From positions 11,870 through 75,869 of IMG/VR virus record IMGVR_UViG_3300047322_000608: 64,000 nucleotides of DNA; one strand, given 5' to 3'. Both the position numbers and the translations under genes were made by a program. Shown one piece after another: positions 1 through 9,300 of the stretch. Each line of letters opens with the position of its first letter. Position 1 is the stretch's first letter. The notes beneath the pieces were generated by a model that saw only the letters and a list, made by a program, of their open reading frames with translations, made no database searches and was not told where the DNA came from. This stretch comes from a virus.

Positions 1-3000
1 CCCCGAAATCTTGCGGCCGACCCCGATTACGTCGTCCAGCAAAGTCGGGTCCTTAATCCCGATCATCTTGGCGACCCATTCCAGGAACCTGGTCCACATG
101 GTTTTGTTGACGCCTGTGGACTTGATCGATCTCAGGAAGTTCTGGAATTGGGGGTTGGAGAACGCTTCCGCAATGAACTCGGCGTGGTTGGTCAGGCCGT
201 ACTGATTTGTCACACCCTGCTTGTCAGCCTGCTCTTTCGCAAATTCGTAAAGGAAGGTCAGCTCTCCTCGGTTCCGGCCGGTCTCCAAGTTGAAGACCGT
301 GTTCCCGTGGACGTATTCATGGAGGAACGTCCGCAATGAACTGCCGTCTGCGAAAGCCGGCTCGTAGACGTTCGCGGTATGGGTCAGGGGATCGTAGCGT
401 CCAGCCGACTCCCTGCCGTCTTCCCCTCTGTGTTCGCCGCCGACCGACAACCTGGTGCCGTGATCGCCGAGAGCTATCAGGTCATTAACGATCTTGCTGT
501 CACCGAAGAGGCCAAGCTTGTTGAGCGCAACGAGTGCCTCGAACGCATTCTTGGATTTAGAGAGGACATCTCGGACAATGCCTTGGAATCGCGGGGATGT
601 GTCCTGGTCTCGGCCAATGTCCGTCGTGGCGAGATGACCCTCTTCGCCAGCCGCCCCGCCGCCTACGCCTTCATCCGAACCTGGCGTTGGTTCTTGCGGT
701 AGGGCGATTTCAGCACCTGTCGATGAAGGTTCAGCCACCCCTTCGCGCTCTCCGCGTCCATGCTCCCCAGCCAGCTTTTGAAGCTCGTCGACAAACCGAG
801 ATCGGAGTTGGCCTTGAGTAATCTCGGGATTGTTTGTGAACTCTTCATGTACGTTATTGTAAGCGCGGAACAGAGACCTGTAAAACTTGTCCAGTTTATC
901 TTCTTTGATGTCGGCAACGGCCTTGGCCACGTCCGGGTTATTCTTGATCGTCTCCGACAATCCTTTGACGACCTCTGCGTGCCGGTCTTTGGGAGCCGTA
1001 TCCAGATCCCAGGATAGTTCGTCGGCAATCGGCTGGGTCCTAGATTTCGAGATCCAGTTAGCTCCTCCTTCAAGGCGCTGCTCTTTCTGGATCGATCCCA
1101 GCTTTGCTTCGGCCGCTTCTGCGACTGGAAGCGGAGCAACTTCCCTCACGGACTGGCTGCCAGCATCAGCCTTCGCTTCCAACTGCGGTTTGATCTTGGC
1201 CCATTCTTCCGGAGTGTATTCGTGAAAGACCTTGGACTGCTTTGCCTCTCCCGTGCGGATCACGCCCAACGGTTTCCAACCCTCCTTGATCAGCGACTCG
1301 TAGCTCTTGGCCGCAATCGCACTGGCCTGCACCCTGTTAACGCGCGGCTTGCCAGTCTGCTTGAGCGTGCCGACAACAATCTTCCCGTCCGGCCGGCGAA
1401 AGACTCCCAGGCTGTTGGTGGATTCGTAGCTGTTACCTTCCTTTTCAATGGCGGATTCACCGGGACGCCCGAACAACCCAACCTCTTCTTTGCCAGCAAC
1501 CGGTTCAAACCAGGCGTTGTAGGATTCTGGGACCTTGGAAAGCCAATCGGAGGAAGCAGGTGTTTCAGATTTCTTTAACGTCGGATAGTCAGCCAGCACG
1601 TTATCGGGAACAGCCTTCCCTTCGGCGAGCGCGTCTCTGACAATCTCTCTGTGGTTCTCGCGGGTCCGGTGTTCAGCGTCGGCCGTAAAAACTCCTCCGC
1701 CAGATTCAATCATCCGCTTGTTCTGAGCAACGACTTCGGCTTGCGTTTTCTCCCAAGGAGCCTTCGTGGAAGGCGCGGCCCCTGCTTCGACCTGGGCAGG
1801 AGCCGCTGGGGTGGGTGGTTTAACTTCCGTCGTCGCGGCCTTTTCGACTGGCACCTTCCTTTCTGCCGCAGGTTTCTCAGACAAAGCTTTGGCACGCGCA
1901 CGAGCCACGGCCGCATCAACCGGACTGGCTTCCGCAGTTGGCGCTTCTACCGTTGCCGTTCCGGTAGTGAGTGCATCGGCGTCGATGCCGATCGTCTTGA
2001 GCGCGGCCTTATTCTCGGGGCTCAGCTCGACCGCTGCTTGCTGTAAGCGATCGCCAGCGCCTGCTTGAGCGCCTTTTTCTTTGAGCTTGGCTTGCTCTTC
2101 CCGATCTTGTGCCTCTTTTTGTAGCTGTGCATTATCTCCGACACGTTGCTGCTGAACGTCGCTCGGCTCTTCCCTTTTTTGAGTGGCATCTTCGACTCCT
2201 TCCCTGATGAATTTGTATTGTTCTTTCTGGCCGGCCGGAAGCTGCTGGATGTACTGCCGATCCGCGTCGGTCATGGTTCCGGCGACTTCCTTGTTCGCGA
2301 TCTCCAGAAGGACCAGCTTCTGTTCCGCGGTCACCTTCCCGTAGGTCTCGGCTACGTGCGTATCCGGAGCGCCCCAGGCTGCATTCCGCAACTCTCTGGC
2401 TTGTTCCCGGGACAGCTCGGACTTGGGGAACAGTTCCTGGATCTCGCGCACGGTCTTGGCTTCGTTCCTGCGAATCTCCTCCACCACGGTCAGGCGCTCT
2501 TCTTCGGGCGTTGCAGGGACAGCAACGTTCTTCGACTCCCGCTTCAACTCCGCTGTGGCCTTGGTCTGCGCTTCCAGGAGTAATCGCCTGGAGTCCATGA
2601 CGGCCTGCTGGGTTTTGGAGATCGGCGCGGTCGGGAAAGGTTCAGGCGGCGCGCCAGGTGTTGGCGCGGCCGGTTGATCCGGCGCTGGAGGCGGAGGTGG
2701 GGTTTGGTCCGCTGCGGCTGATTCGGCAGGCCCAGCGGGGGGAGTTGGTTCTGCCGGAGTTGGCAACCAATCCTTCGTGGGCCCACCTCGCAGGGCTGTA
2801 ATCGCCGCAGCAGGCATGCCCGCCAGAATCCCGGTAGCCGTAGCATTTAGTAATCGGCTCCATTCGTCCTTTGTGAACTCGGTATCCCGCTTCTTGGGAT
2901 CGGCATACCGCTCGCCCAGAATGTTGAAGAACTCCATGGCGCCCATCCCAGAACCAGCGACGAGCAATTCCTTGGGCACCGTCACAGCCTTGGAATCGAT

Positions 3001-3888
3001 CCAGGTCCGAACCGCCTCCGTGGAAGCCTTCTCGCCGAAGATGCCCTTGAGTATCCGCTCGGGGATTACAGCGCCAATGGATGCGCCTGCGCCTGAGATT
3101 AAGGCCCCTACCTTCGCATCCTCTGGCGTGACACCTTCCTGTCCGGAAAGCTCGCCATATGCCCCGCCAGCCCCCAATGCGCCGAAGTTAGCCATGGAAG
3201 CGCCAATGCTCGCCATGTGACCGGCTGCGTCCTTGACGACTTTGGCGACCGGCTTGGAAAGAGCGCTTTCCATGACCTTTCCGGCCGCGAAATCTTCCAG
3301 CTCCTTCCGCTCCACCGCAGTTAAGGTTCCCTCGATTACCTTTCGCAAGGCACTTCGGGCCGCCGCCTGGCCAAAGAAGGTCGCAGCTCCGGCTTCCGTG
3401 CCGGGCCCGGGCGCCATCGCCGTGCCAGCCGCGGCGAACGTGAGCGCTTCGCCAACATTCGGGATCAACTCGCCAACCTTTCCAGCCACGTATTGACCGG
3501 CTGCAGGGAAGCTGGTCATCGCCTGCTGGATTGTGGGGACGCTCGCAGGAGCTTCTTCGGCTGTCTGCTTGAGCTTGCGCTTGTACAAGTCCAGGTAGAA
3601 TTCCTTGGCTCCTTGAGCACCCAGCGTGTCGGAAGCCAAAGCCAAGGCTCCGGCACCAGAAGCTTCCATGCCCAGGACGCCGCGGCTAAATCCGCGTCCG
3701 AGCTGCTCGGTCATGGACGATTGCTGGACCGCTTGCTGTTGCTGGACCTTCTGCCAGTCAGCCAGGAAATCAGGGAAGGCCGATAGCGCTTCGGGTTTGT
3801 ACCGCTCGGCAAATCCCCGCATCACCTCTTCGTCCGGTGTGGTGTCTCCCGGATTATTCTCCCGATAGAATTGGACGAGCGTGTTCAG
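1..3888 (-). CDS. Large polyvalent/internal virion protein (>1296 aa, C-terminus beyond window) with zincin-like metallopeptidase domain
   Basis: Not in the ORF track because it runs off the edge. Frame checked at both ends and at ~2050. Contains TFLHEYVHG (~301-330) followed by EFIAEAFSNPQFQNFL, typical of zincin domains of phage large polyvalent proteins. The N-terminus NTLVQFYRENNPGDTTPDEEV starts at a CTG overlapping the upstream TGA. Confidence 0.8.
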   Translation of the reverse strand, partial: MNTLVQFYRENNPGDTTPDEEVMRGFAERYKPEALSAFPDFLADWQKVQQQQAVQQSSMTEQLGRGFSRGVLGMEASGAGALALASDTLGAQGAKEFYLDLYKRKLKQTAEEAPASVPTIQQAMTSFPAAGQYVAGKVGELIPNVGEALTFAAAGTAMAPGPGTEAGAATFFGQAAARSALRKVIEGTLTAVERKELEDFAAGKVMESALSKPVAKVVKDAAGHMASIGASMANFGALGAGGAYGELSGQEGVTPEDAKVGALISGAGASIGAVIPERILKGIFGEKASTEAVRTWIDSKAVTVPKELLVAGSGMGAMEFFNILGERYADPKKRDTEFTKDEWSRLLNATATGILAGMPAAAITALRGGPTKDWLPTPAEPTPPAGPAESAAADQTPPPPPAPDQPAAPTPGAPPEPFPTAPISKTQQAVMDSRRLLLEAQTKATAELKRESKNVAVPATPEEERLTVVEEIRRNEAKTVREIQELFPKSELSREQARELRNAAWGAPDTHVAETYGKVTAEQKLVLLEIANKEVAGTMTDADRQYIQQLPAGQKEQYKFIREGVEDATQKREEPSDVQQQRVGDNAQLQKEAQDREEQAKLKEKGAQAGAGDRLQQAAVELSPENKAALKTIGIDADALTTGTATVEAPTAEASPVDAAVARARAKALSEKPAAERKVPVEKAATTEVKPPTPAAPAQVEAGAAPSTKAPWEKTQAEVVAQNKRMIESGGGVFTADAEHRTRENHREIVRDALAEGKAVPDNVLADYPTLKKSETPASSDWLSKVPESYNAWFEPVAGKEEVGLFGRPGESAIEKEGNSYESTNSLGVFRRPDGKIVVGTLKQTGKPRVNRVQASAIAAKSYESLIKEGWKPLGVIRTGEAKQSKVFHEYTPEEWAKIKPQLEAKADAGSQSVREVAPLPVAEAAEAKLGSIQKEQRLEGGANWISKSRTQPIADELSWDLDTAPKDRHAEVVKGLSETIKNNPDVAKAVADIKEDKLDKFYRSLFRAYNNVHEEFTNNPEITQGQLRSRFVDELQKLAGEHGRGEREGVAEPSSTGAEIALPQEPTPGSDEGVGGGAAGEEGHLATTDIGRDQDTSPRFQGIVRDVLSKSKNAFEALVALNKLGLFGDSKIVNDLIALGDHGTRLSVGGEHRGEDGRESAGRYDPLTHTANVYEPAFADGSSLRTFLHEYVHGNTVFNLETGRNRGELTFLYEFAKEQADKQGVTNQYGLTNHAEFIAEAFSNPQFQNFLRSIKSTGVNKTMWTRFLEWVAKMIGIKDPTLLDDVIGVGRKISG

Positions 3889-5069
3889 GGGGTTGGGCTA
3901 GGCGAGAGCGGAGCCGTAAACTGATTGGTGTTGTATGGCGGATATGCGGTGGGGAACAAAGCACTGTTCTGCGCAGCCGAATCCTGCAGGAACTTGCGCA
4001 GCCTCAAGTTTGAAAGTTCACTGGGATCGGTGGGAGCAGCCGGAGCGGCGTTGGTCGACGGATAGATCAAGCTGTTGATAAAGTCCGGGCCTTTGTTTAT
4101 CACCGCGCGACCTGCGTTGATGGCGCCCTGAGTTAGAAATCCTCCAGGAGTTGCGGTTTCCGGAGCAACGAACGGTGTTGCCGCAGGGGCAATGGGCGGG
4201 CCTGCCACAGCGCCATTGACACGCGGGGTTGGAAGACCGAAGTTCGGTTGCTTGGAAGGCGGGGCTGGCGGGGGAGCGGATGCTTTAGCATAGGCATCCA
4301 TTGCCTCCGTCTCCACCTTTGGATTGTAAACAAACCCATTCTGCAGCGACTTAACTCGGTCTAGAGCCAGTCGATAGTCAGCAGTCGCTCTAGCAAGTTC
4401 CGGTTTACTGGCCGCTTCCTTCTCGAATTCCGTTGTAACAGTGCTCGTTACCTGGTTCATGGCTTGAACGTAGGCTTCGTACTTCGCTTTTTTCCCGGCC
4501 GCAAATTGCTTGCGGAATTCCGTCAGCTTGTCCGGATTATTTCGTATCAGCTCCCGCTCGGCAACGGTCATTTCCTTAGCCACCATAGGATCGTCCGCAA
4601 TCAATCCTGCCACTCGTGAAGCAAATGCTTTCGGATCCTGGCCCGTATGCCGGAGAATTCCAGACAAAGCAACTCCAGCCGCCCGATTGGCTTCGATGTA
4701 GGTCTTCCCTCGATTGTCGACGTAGGCTTTGGATGCCGTATCAAAGCTTGCATCACTTGGTAGGTCTGCACCGGTCTCGTTAGCCTTGGCAACCATGGCT
4801 CTCCGCTCCTTCTCTTGCTCCTCGTCGCTCTTGAGCTTGAACTCATCCTTCATCCGCTGCAGCACCATGGCGTTAGCCGCAGCAGCCCGTTGGTTTTCGC
4901 CTTCTTCCCGAATCTGTTCGACCTGGCGGGCCTGGTTCAATCGATCCTTCGCCTGCCGATCTTGCATGGCCAGAGCCAGGGCGCCCTGGCTGTAGTTGGT
5001 GACTGGCGAGTAGGCTTGCTGAAAAAGCTGCGCCAGTTGCGCTTGATCATCAAAAGTTCCGCTTGGCAT
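3885..5069 (-). CDS. Putative internal virion (ejection) protein
   Basis: 394 aa, Ala/Gln-rich helical, located between the pilot-like protein and the giant virion protein. Confidence 0.55.
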   Translation of the reverse strand: MPSGTFDDQAQLAQLFQQAYSPVTNYSQGALALAMQDRQAKDRLNQARQVEQIREEGENQRAAAANAMVLQRMKDEFKLKSDEEQEKERRAMVAKANETGADLPSDASFDTASKAYVDNRGKTYIEANRAAGVALSGILRHTGQDPKAFASRVAGLIADDPMVAKEMTVAERELIRNNPDKLTEFRKQFAAGKKAKYEAYVQAMNQVTSTVTTEFEKEAASKPELARATADYRLALDRVKSLQNGFVYNPKVETEAMDAYAKASAPPPAPPSKQPNFGLPTPRVNGAVAGPPIAPAATPFVAPETATPGGFLTQGAINAGRAVINKGPDFINSLIYPSTNAAPAAPTDPSELSNLRLRKFLQDSAAQNSALFPTAYPPYNTNQFTAPLSPSPTP

Positions 5070-5072
5070 AAA

Positions 5073-6119
5073 TTAAACGGTGGGTGCAGCCTCGTAATAC
5101 GAAGAGCCGAACGGATCTGTCGTCTGATTCTGCAAGTTGTACTGGTCCATCGTGAAAGGAGCGTTCGCCGGTTGATTCATCTGATTGATCAACGCGCGAT
5201 TGGCGAAGTAATTCCCAAGCGTGCTCGCCCCGGTCGCTACCCCTTGCCCAACGATCGCGCCAACTCCTGGAACAGGTTGCACGTAAGGCGATCGGAACGG
5301 GACATTCGTTTGCTGGTTTAACTTGAACCAGTTCAGCGGTTGCAACGAGTTGACGTAAGTCGTCCCGGCCGCCGTCGCGGGGAGGGCGCTCATCTGGATG
5401 CGGTTACCTGCCTGCGTCAATGGCAAGCTCAGGTTCTGAAGCCGGGTGTTGATGGCCTGCTGCTTGATTCCGGCCACGTCTGCGGCATTCGCCAGGTCGG
5501 CTTCCGCTCCGACCGTCCCTGCCGCTTGCAAGGCTGGGATGGTTGCGCCGGTCAAAAGGTTCTTTTGGAACGTGCTGCCTCCGCCCGTATAGCCCTGCCG
5601 GGCCCGATCAGCCGAAAGCGCATTCAACCTGGCCTGCAACCCTTCCAGGATGCCTTGCTTCTGCGCGGTCGCGACTGCGCCCCTGGCCTGGAGTACAGGC
5701 GCAATGTTAGCTTCCTGTTGCTGCTCGAGTTGTCCGCTGAACAACTGGTTGACGAGCTGATCACCCGCCACCATCGACGGTTCCAGGCCGGACACGATAT
5801 TCTGATACCCAGCGATCTGGTCAGCCGGTTTCCCGAGTGCGGCTTGCTCAGCCAGGTAGGTCGCATACGCCTGGTTCCCGACGTTCTGCTCTACCCCTGC
5901 CGAAGTGAACGACGGGTACTGCGGCAGGAGCGCGCTTCCAGTCGATCCCCTGCTTTCCAGAAACTGTTGGTATTGCAGTGCCCGATCGGAAGCGGCGATG
6001 GACGCATTTGTTTTGTTCGCGTCCGCTTGTGCTTGCGAGCCAAAGTAGCCGGCGATGCCTGTGCCTGCCGCGCCAATGGCCGCTGCGCCGATAATTGCTG
6101 CGCCTATGCCGATACCCAT
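5073..6119 (-). CDS. Putative DNA pilot/ejection protein
   Basis: N-terminal Gly/Ala hydrophobic segment MGIGIGAAIIGAAAIGAAGTGIAGYFGSQAQ, typical of podovirus ejection proteins; Q/A/G-rich. Confidence 0.65.
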   Translation of the reverse strand: MGIGIGAAIIGAAAIGAAGTGIAGYFGSQAQADANKTNASIAASDRALQYQQFLESRGSTGSALLPQYPSFTSAGVEQNVGNQAYATYLAEQAALGKPADQIAGYQNIVSGLEPSMVAGDQLVNQLFSGQLEQQQEANIAPVLQARGAVATAQKQGILEGLQARLNALSADRARQGYTGGGSTFQKNLLTGATIPALQAAGTVGAEADLANAADVAGIKQQAINTRLQNLSLPLTQAGNRIQMSALPATAAGTTYVNSLQPLNWFKLNQQTNVPFRSPYVQPVPGVGAIVGQGVATGASTLGNYFANRALINQMNQPANAPFTMDQYNLQNQTTDPFGSSYYEAAPTV

Positions 6120-6123
6120 AAAG

Positions 6124-6702
6124 TCATTGTCCTTTCGTTTCGCCCATGAAGATCTCAGTCCAGGCTGAGAGTCGGCCAGTGATCAGGAGGTAGGGCGCCA
6201 ATCGTTTTGGCATCTTCAGAATGATCGCAGTCAGGGCCGTATAAGCGCTCGGGTTGGGGAGAACCTTCACGCCAGCTTCATGCAAGGCCTGGGTGATCTT
6301 GGTCATCGTCCAGCGCCGTTCTTCAAAGTGTTTCATAAGAACCGCGTCGACCGGTTTCCAGATCGGGTCAGCTTCTCCTTCTTCGGTAAAGGACGAGCCC
6401 CATCCAGGCACCTTCTGCTTGCGGGAAATGTAGGAACCAACGATCGATTCGGCCGTGACATCCACGTCCTCGGCCCACTGTAGCAAGGTGTAGGTCTGCT
6501 CGATTGGGCCATGCTTCCCGCCAAAGCAAAGGAGTGCCGCCGCCAGCGAACGGTAGATGTCGCCGCTCCCTTGAGCTGTAGCCGACACCGCAACGGTGCT
6601 CGGGCAAGCCCGGTAGCTACTCTGATGATGGGCCTCGCCAAGCGCGGCCACCAACTCAAGCTCGGCAGGGCTCAGTGGTTCGGTTCTCCAGAACGGTTGC
6701 AT
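6124..6702 (-). CDS. Citrate synthase/citryl-CoA lyase-like protein (truncated fold)
   Basis: Motifs FGGKHGPIE, KVPGWG and LPNP..Y, plus R-L-S-A-W near the C-terminus, match the citrate-synthase C-terminal pattern (GxxHG, xPGFGH, PNxD). Confidence 0.65.
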   Translation of the reverse strand: MQPFWRTEPLSPAELELVAALGEAHHQSSYRACPSTVAVSATAQGSGDIYRSLAAALLCFGGKHGPIEQTYTLLQWAEDVDVTAESIVGSYISRKQKVPGWGSSFTEEGEADPIWKPVDAVLMKHFEERRWTMTKITQALHEAGVKVLPNPSAYTALTAIILKMPKRLAPYLLITGRLSAWTEIFMGETKGQ

Positions 6703-7303
6703 GAGATTGATCGATCATCTTTTTGAACGGGACAGCCGGGTTGCGGTTGTAACGATTGGCCATGATCTGAGTTACACGAAGGTCGCGCAGCAGACGGTAA
6801 CGCGGTTCGTTGAACGGTGTGTTGGGCAGGCAAAAGTCCCAGATCGCGCGGACAATCCCTTCCTTCTCCAGGAAATCGTATGGCACCATCAATTTGCGCG
6901 TGTCCGGCAGGTTCTTCCAAAGATGGGATATTCCCCAACTGACGTGCCGGAAGGCTTCTCTGAGCGAGTCTTTGGTTACTTCGTCGCAGCCAGGAATGTT
7001 CTCCCAGGTCAATGCGTTGAACTCAGACTCCACGCACTGTTCCAAGTCCCGGTGGAGGAAAACGATGCGACAGCTCGGAAAGGTCTCCAGGATAGCCTGC
7101 GGGACATAGCCGAGGTTGGGGTCGGCATCCCCGATGTAGCGCATCAACTTCGGGCCGGACATGACCTTCTTGAAATCGGCGATGCTGCCGCAATCGAAGA
7201 GCGCTTCGTGCCAGCAGAACGAGTCACCAAAGCTCAGGAGGTTAGCCAGCCAAGCGGTTCGGCTTCGGGGAAGTCCGGTTAGGAAGAAGTGCTTGCTGGT
7301 CAT
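6656..7303 (-). CDS. Sulfotransferase-like P-loop protein
   Basis: FFLTGLPRSRTAWLANLL resembles the 5'-PSB loop; ATG at 7303 overlaps the upstream stop (ATGA). Confidence 0.65.
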   Translation of the reverse strand: MTSKHFFLTGLPRSRTAWLANLLSFGDSFCWHEALFDCGSIADFKKVMSGPKLMRYIGDADPNLGYVPQAILETFPSCRIVFLHRDLEQCVESEFNALTWENIPGCDEVTKDSLREAFRHVSWGISHLWKNLPDTRKLMVPYDFLEKEGIVRAIWDFCLPNTPFNEPRYRLLRDLRVTQIMANRYNRNPAVPFKKMIDQSHATVLENRTTEPCRA

Positions 7304-8184
7304 AGGTAATACCCCACCAACTTGATCTCTCCGTCTGCAACGCCCGGAACGCTCTCCGTGATCTGGTAATCGAACTGGAGCGTGTTGGTGATCGGGAACA
7401 CCGCCTGGCTGCCCGTCGCGACGGCATCCGTTCCACCTACCCGCGTCAGCAAGAGTGGAAAGCTCACGTTGTCCTTGCGGATATTGGCGAAGGCCTGACC
7501 ATCGGTTGCTGATGCCCAGCGAAGCGTTGCCTGGAGAATGACAGCCTTGGCATTGGATGGAACACCCAGGCCGGCGAGCACCCCCGCCGCCACGGTCGTC
7601 CATCCAACCGCAGGCCCGGAGGCGTAAATGATGGCCGGACCAGCGGCAAGAAACTGCGGCCCGGTCAACAGGTTGCTCGGCGGAGTTGGATTCAGCAGGA
7701 TGAACTGTGTGCCGTCGTCTTCGACGATGAAGATGCCGGCTGCTTGAATGTCGCCGGCTGAGAGGTCGACCAACCCAGCGCCCGTAACTTTCTTCACTGG
7801 CCGAGCGGCAATCCCGTCTGCGTTCAGCGTGGTTGCTCCCGTGTTGGTCGCCGCCGCCTTAACCACAAATTGAAGCCCGGCGCTGTAGGCCGTCAATGGC
7901 AGCGGAGCGAACGAGATCGCCATTGCGTTGACCGCGCCCGTGTCGACTGCGTAGAAGTTCGAAAGGAACGCCAGCTTGGCCAGGGTAACCGCCCGATCCT
8001 GGATCGCAGCCGTGTTGACCGATCCAGGCTTGAGTGTGCCATTAGGGTTGAGCGCGGCAGCCAGTTGCGCCGCCTGCGCGTTTACCGCCGTTTCGATGTC
8101 CGTTTTGTTCTGATCTTCCTGCGCGGGAGTCAGTGGAATACCTAGCACCAATCTTTTGAGCAACGAAAGTGGAGGGTAAGGCAT
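7300..8184 (-). CDS. Tail fiber/tail-associated protein
   Basis: Contains YAVDTGAVNAMAI...YSAGLQFVVKAAATNTGATTLN, a common phage tail-fiber segment. Confidence 0.65.
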   Translation of the reverse strand: MPYPPLSLLKRLVLGIPLTPAQEDQNKTDIETAVNAQAAQLAAALNPNGTLKPGSVNTAAIQDRAVTLAKLAFLSNFYAVDTGAVNAMAISFAPLPLTAYSAGLQFVVKAAATNTGATTLNADGIAARPVKKVTGAGLVDLSAGDIQAAGIFIVEDDGTQFILLNPTPPSNLLTGPQFLAAGPAIIYASGPAVGWTTVAAGVLAGLGVPSNAKAVILQATLRWASATDGQAFANIRKDNVSFPLLLTRVGGTDAVATGSQAVFPITNTLQFDYQITESVPGVADGEIKLVGYYL

Positions 8185-8190
8185 AAACGC

Positions 8191-8679
8191 TTAGATCAAC
8201 CCGAGTTCCATAAATTCGATTACGAGCGACACTGTCCCGGGATTGGCAGAGTCAACGGTCAAACGTGGAATCAACGTCGCTGCCGTTATCACGCTCGACA
8301 GTGCGGCGATTGACAGCTCTTGGTATGTGCCAACACCGGTCAGCGAAGCGAGCAAGACGGGAGCGATGATGTTGGTTCCGCCAGCCGCGGCGGCCGTGTA
8401 CAGCCCGAGCGTAGCGGCAGAAAGATCGGCCGTTGGGTTGTAAACTAAGGCCCGAATCGGGACGTATTTGGTCGACGGAATGAAGATGGGAGCGAGGTCA
8501 ACAGGCGCTCCAGCCATCAGGTTTAGCAGCCGAACAAAGGCCTTGAGCGTGCCCGCGTATTGGTTGGGCACGGCGCTTTGTGCGAATTGGGGTGCGGCTT
8601 GAAGAGTCGCCTGCCCGGGCACCAAAATATCGTTCTGATCAATCCGGACGGCCATGAGTTGCCTTTGTGTCCAAGGCAA
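8191..8679 (-). CDS. Putative virion structural protein
   Basis: 162 aa, beta-rich, in the tail cluster; the start may be the ATG at 8655. Confidence 0.45.
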   Translation of the reverse strand: MPWTQRQLMAVRIDQNDILVPGQATLQAAPQFAQSAVPNQYAGTLKAFVRLLNLMAGAPVDLAPIFIPSTKYVPIRALVYNPTADLSAATLGLYTAAAAGGTNIIAPVLLASLTGVGTYQELSIAALSSVITAATLIPRLTVDSANPGTVSLVIEFMELGLI

Positions 8680-8682
8680 CCC

Positions 8683-9300
8683 TTACAGCACCAATAATGT
8701 TCCGTCGATAATTAACTGGCCATAGACCATGAATGGCGCCGCGGTGATAATGGCGTCAGAAACCCCGAGCGTGATGACTTCACCGGCCGGAATGCTCTTT
8801 ACGCCGACTGCCGGCCAGGCCCTGCCGTAGCGAGGTCCGGTCAATCCGATGCGTTTCTGATCCAGATCCTGCGCGTCTTGCGTCCCGACAATCGGACTAC
8901 TCGTTCCATGCGTGATCGTGGCGGCGATGTGCGCGGCCAAGCCGGAGCTGACGGCCGCCAGGTTGGCAACGATCGCCGCTAGCTGGGCGGCGATACCTCC
9001 GCTACCTCCTCCTGGAATACCAGCGATCTGCGCGGTGAGCGCGGCAATCTGTTGGTTCAGGCCATCGATCAGAGTCTGCAGGTTGAGTTCGTCGGTTTTG
9101 AACTGGGTTGCGATCTGGTCCAGGTCGCGCTGGAGCAAGTCCTGGAACCGATTCCACCAGCGATCGGAAGCTTCCTGCCAGGCCTTGAGTTCCGGGAACC
9201 GATCAGAGAATGAGTCCGGGATGTCCGGTGGGACCGGTATCTGACCGACCAACGCCAGCGACTGAGCTGGGCCTGGTTTACGGGTGATGGCCATGGTCAA
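8683..9300 (-). CDS. Putative tail-associated coiled-coil protein
   Basis: Heptad segment followed by a Gly linker; coupled to the upstream tail gene. Confidence 0.45.
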   Translation of the reverse strand: MTMAITRKPGPAQSLALVGQIPVPPDIPDSFSDRFPELKAWQEASDRWWNRFQDLLQRDLDQIATQFKTDELNLQTLIDGLNQQIAALTAQIAGIPGGGSGGIAAQLAAIVANLAAVSSGLAAHIAATITHGTSSPIVGTQDAQDLDQKRIGLTGPRYGRAWPAVGVKSIPAGEVITLGVSDAIITAAPFMVYGQLIIDGTLLVL

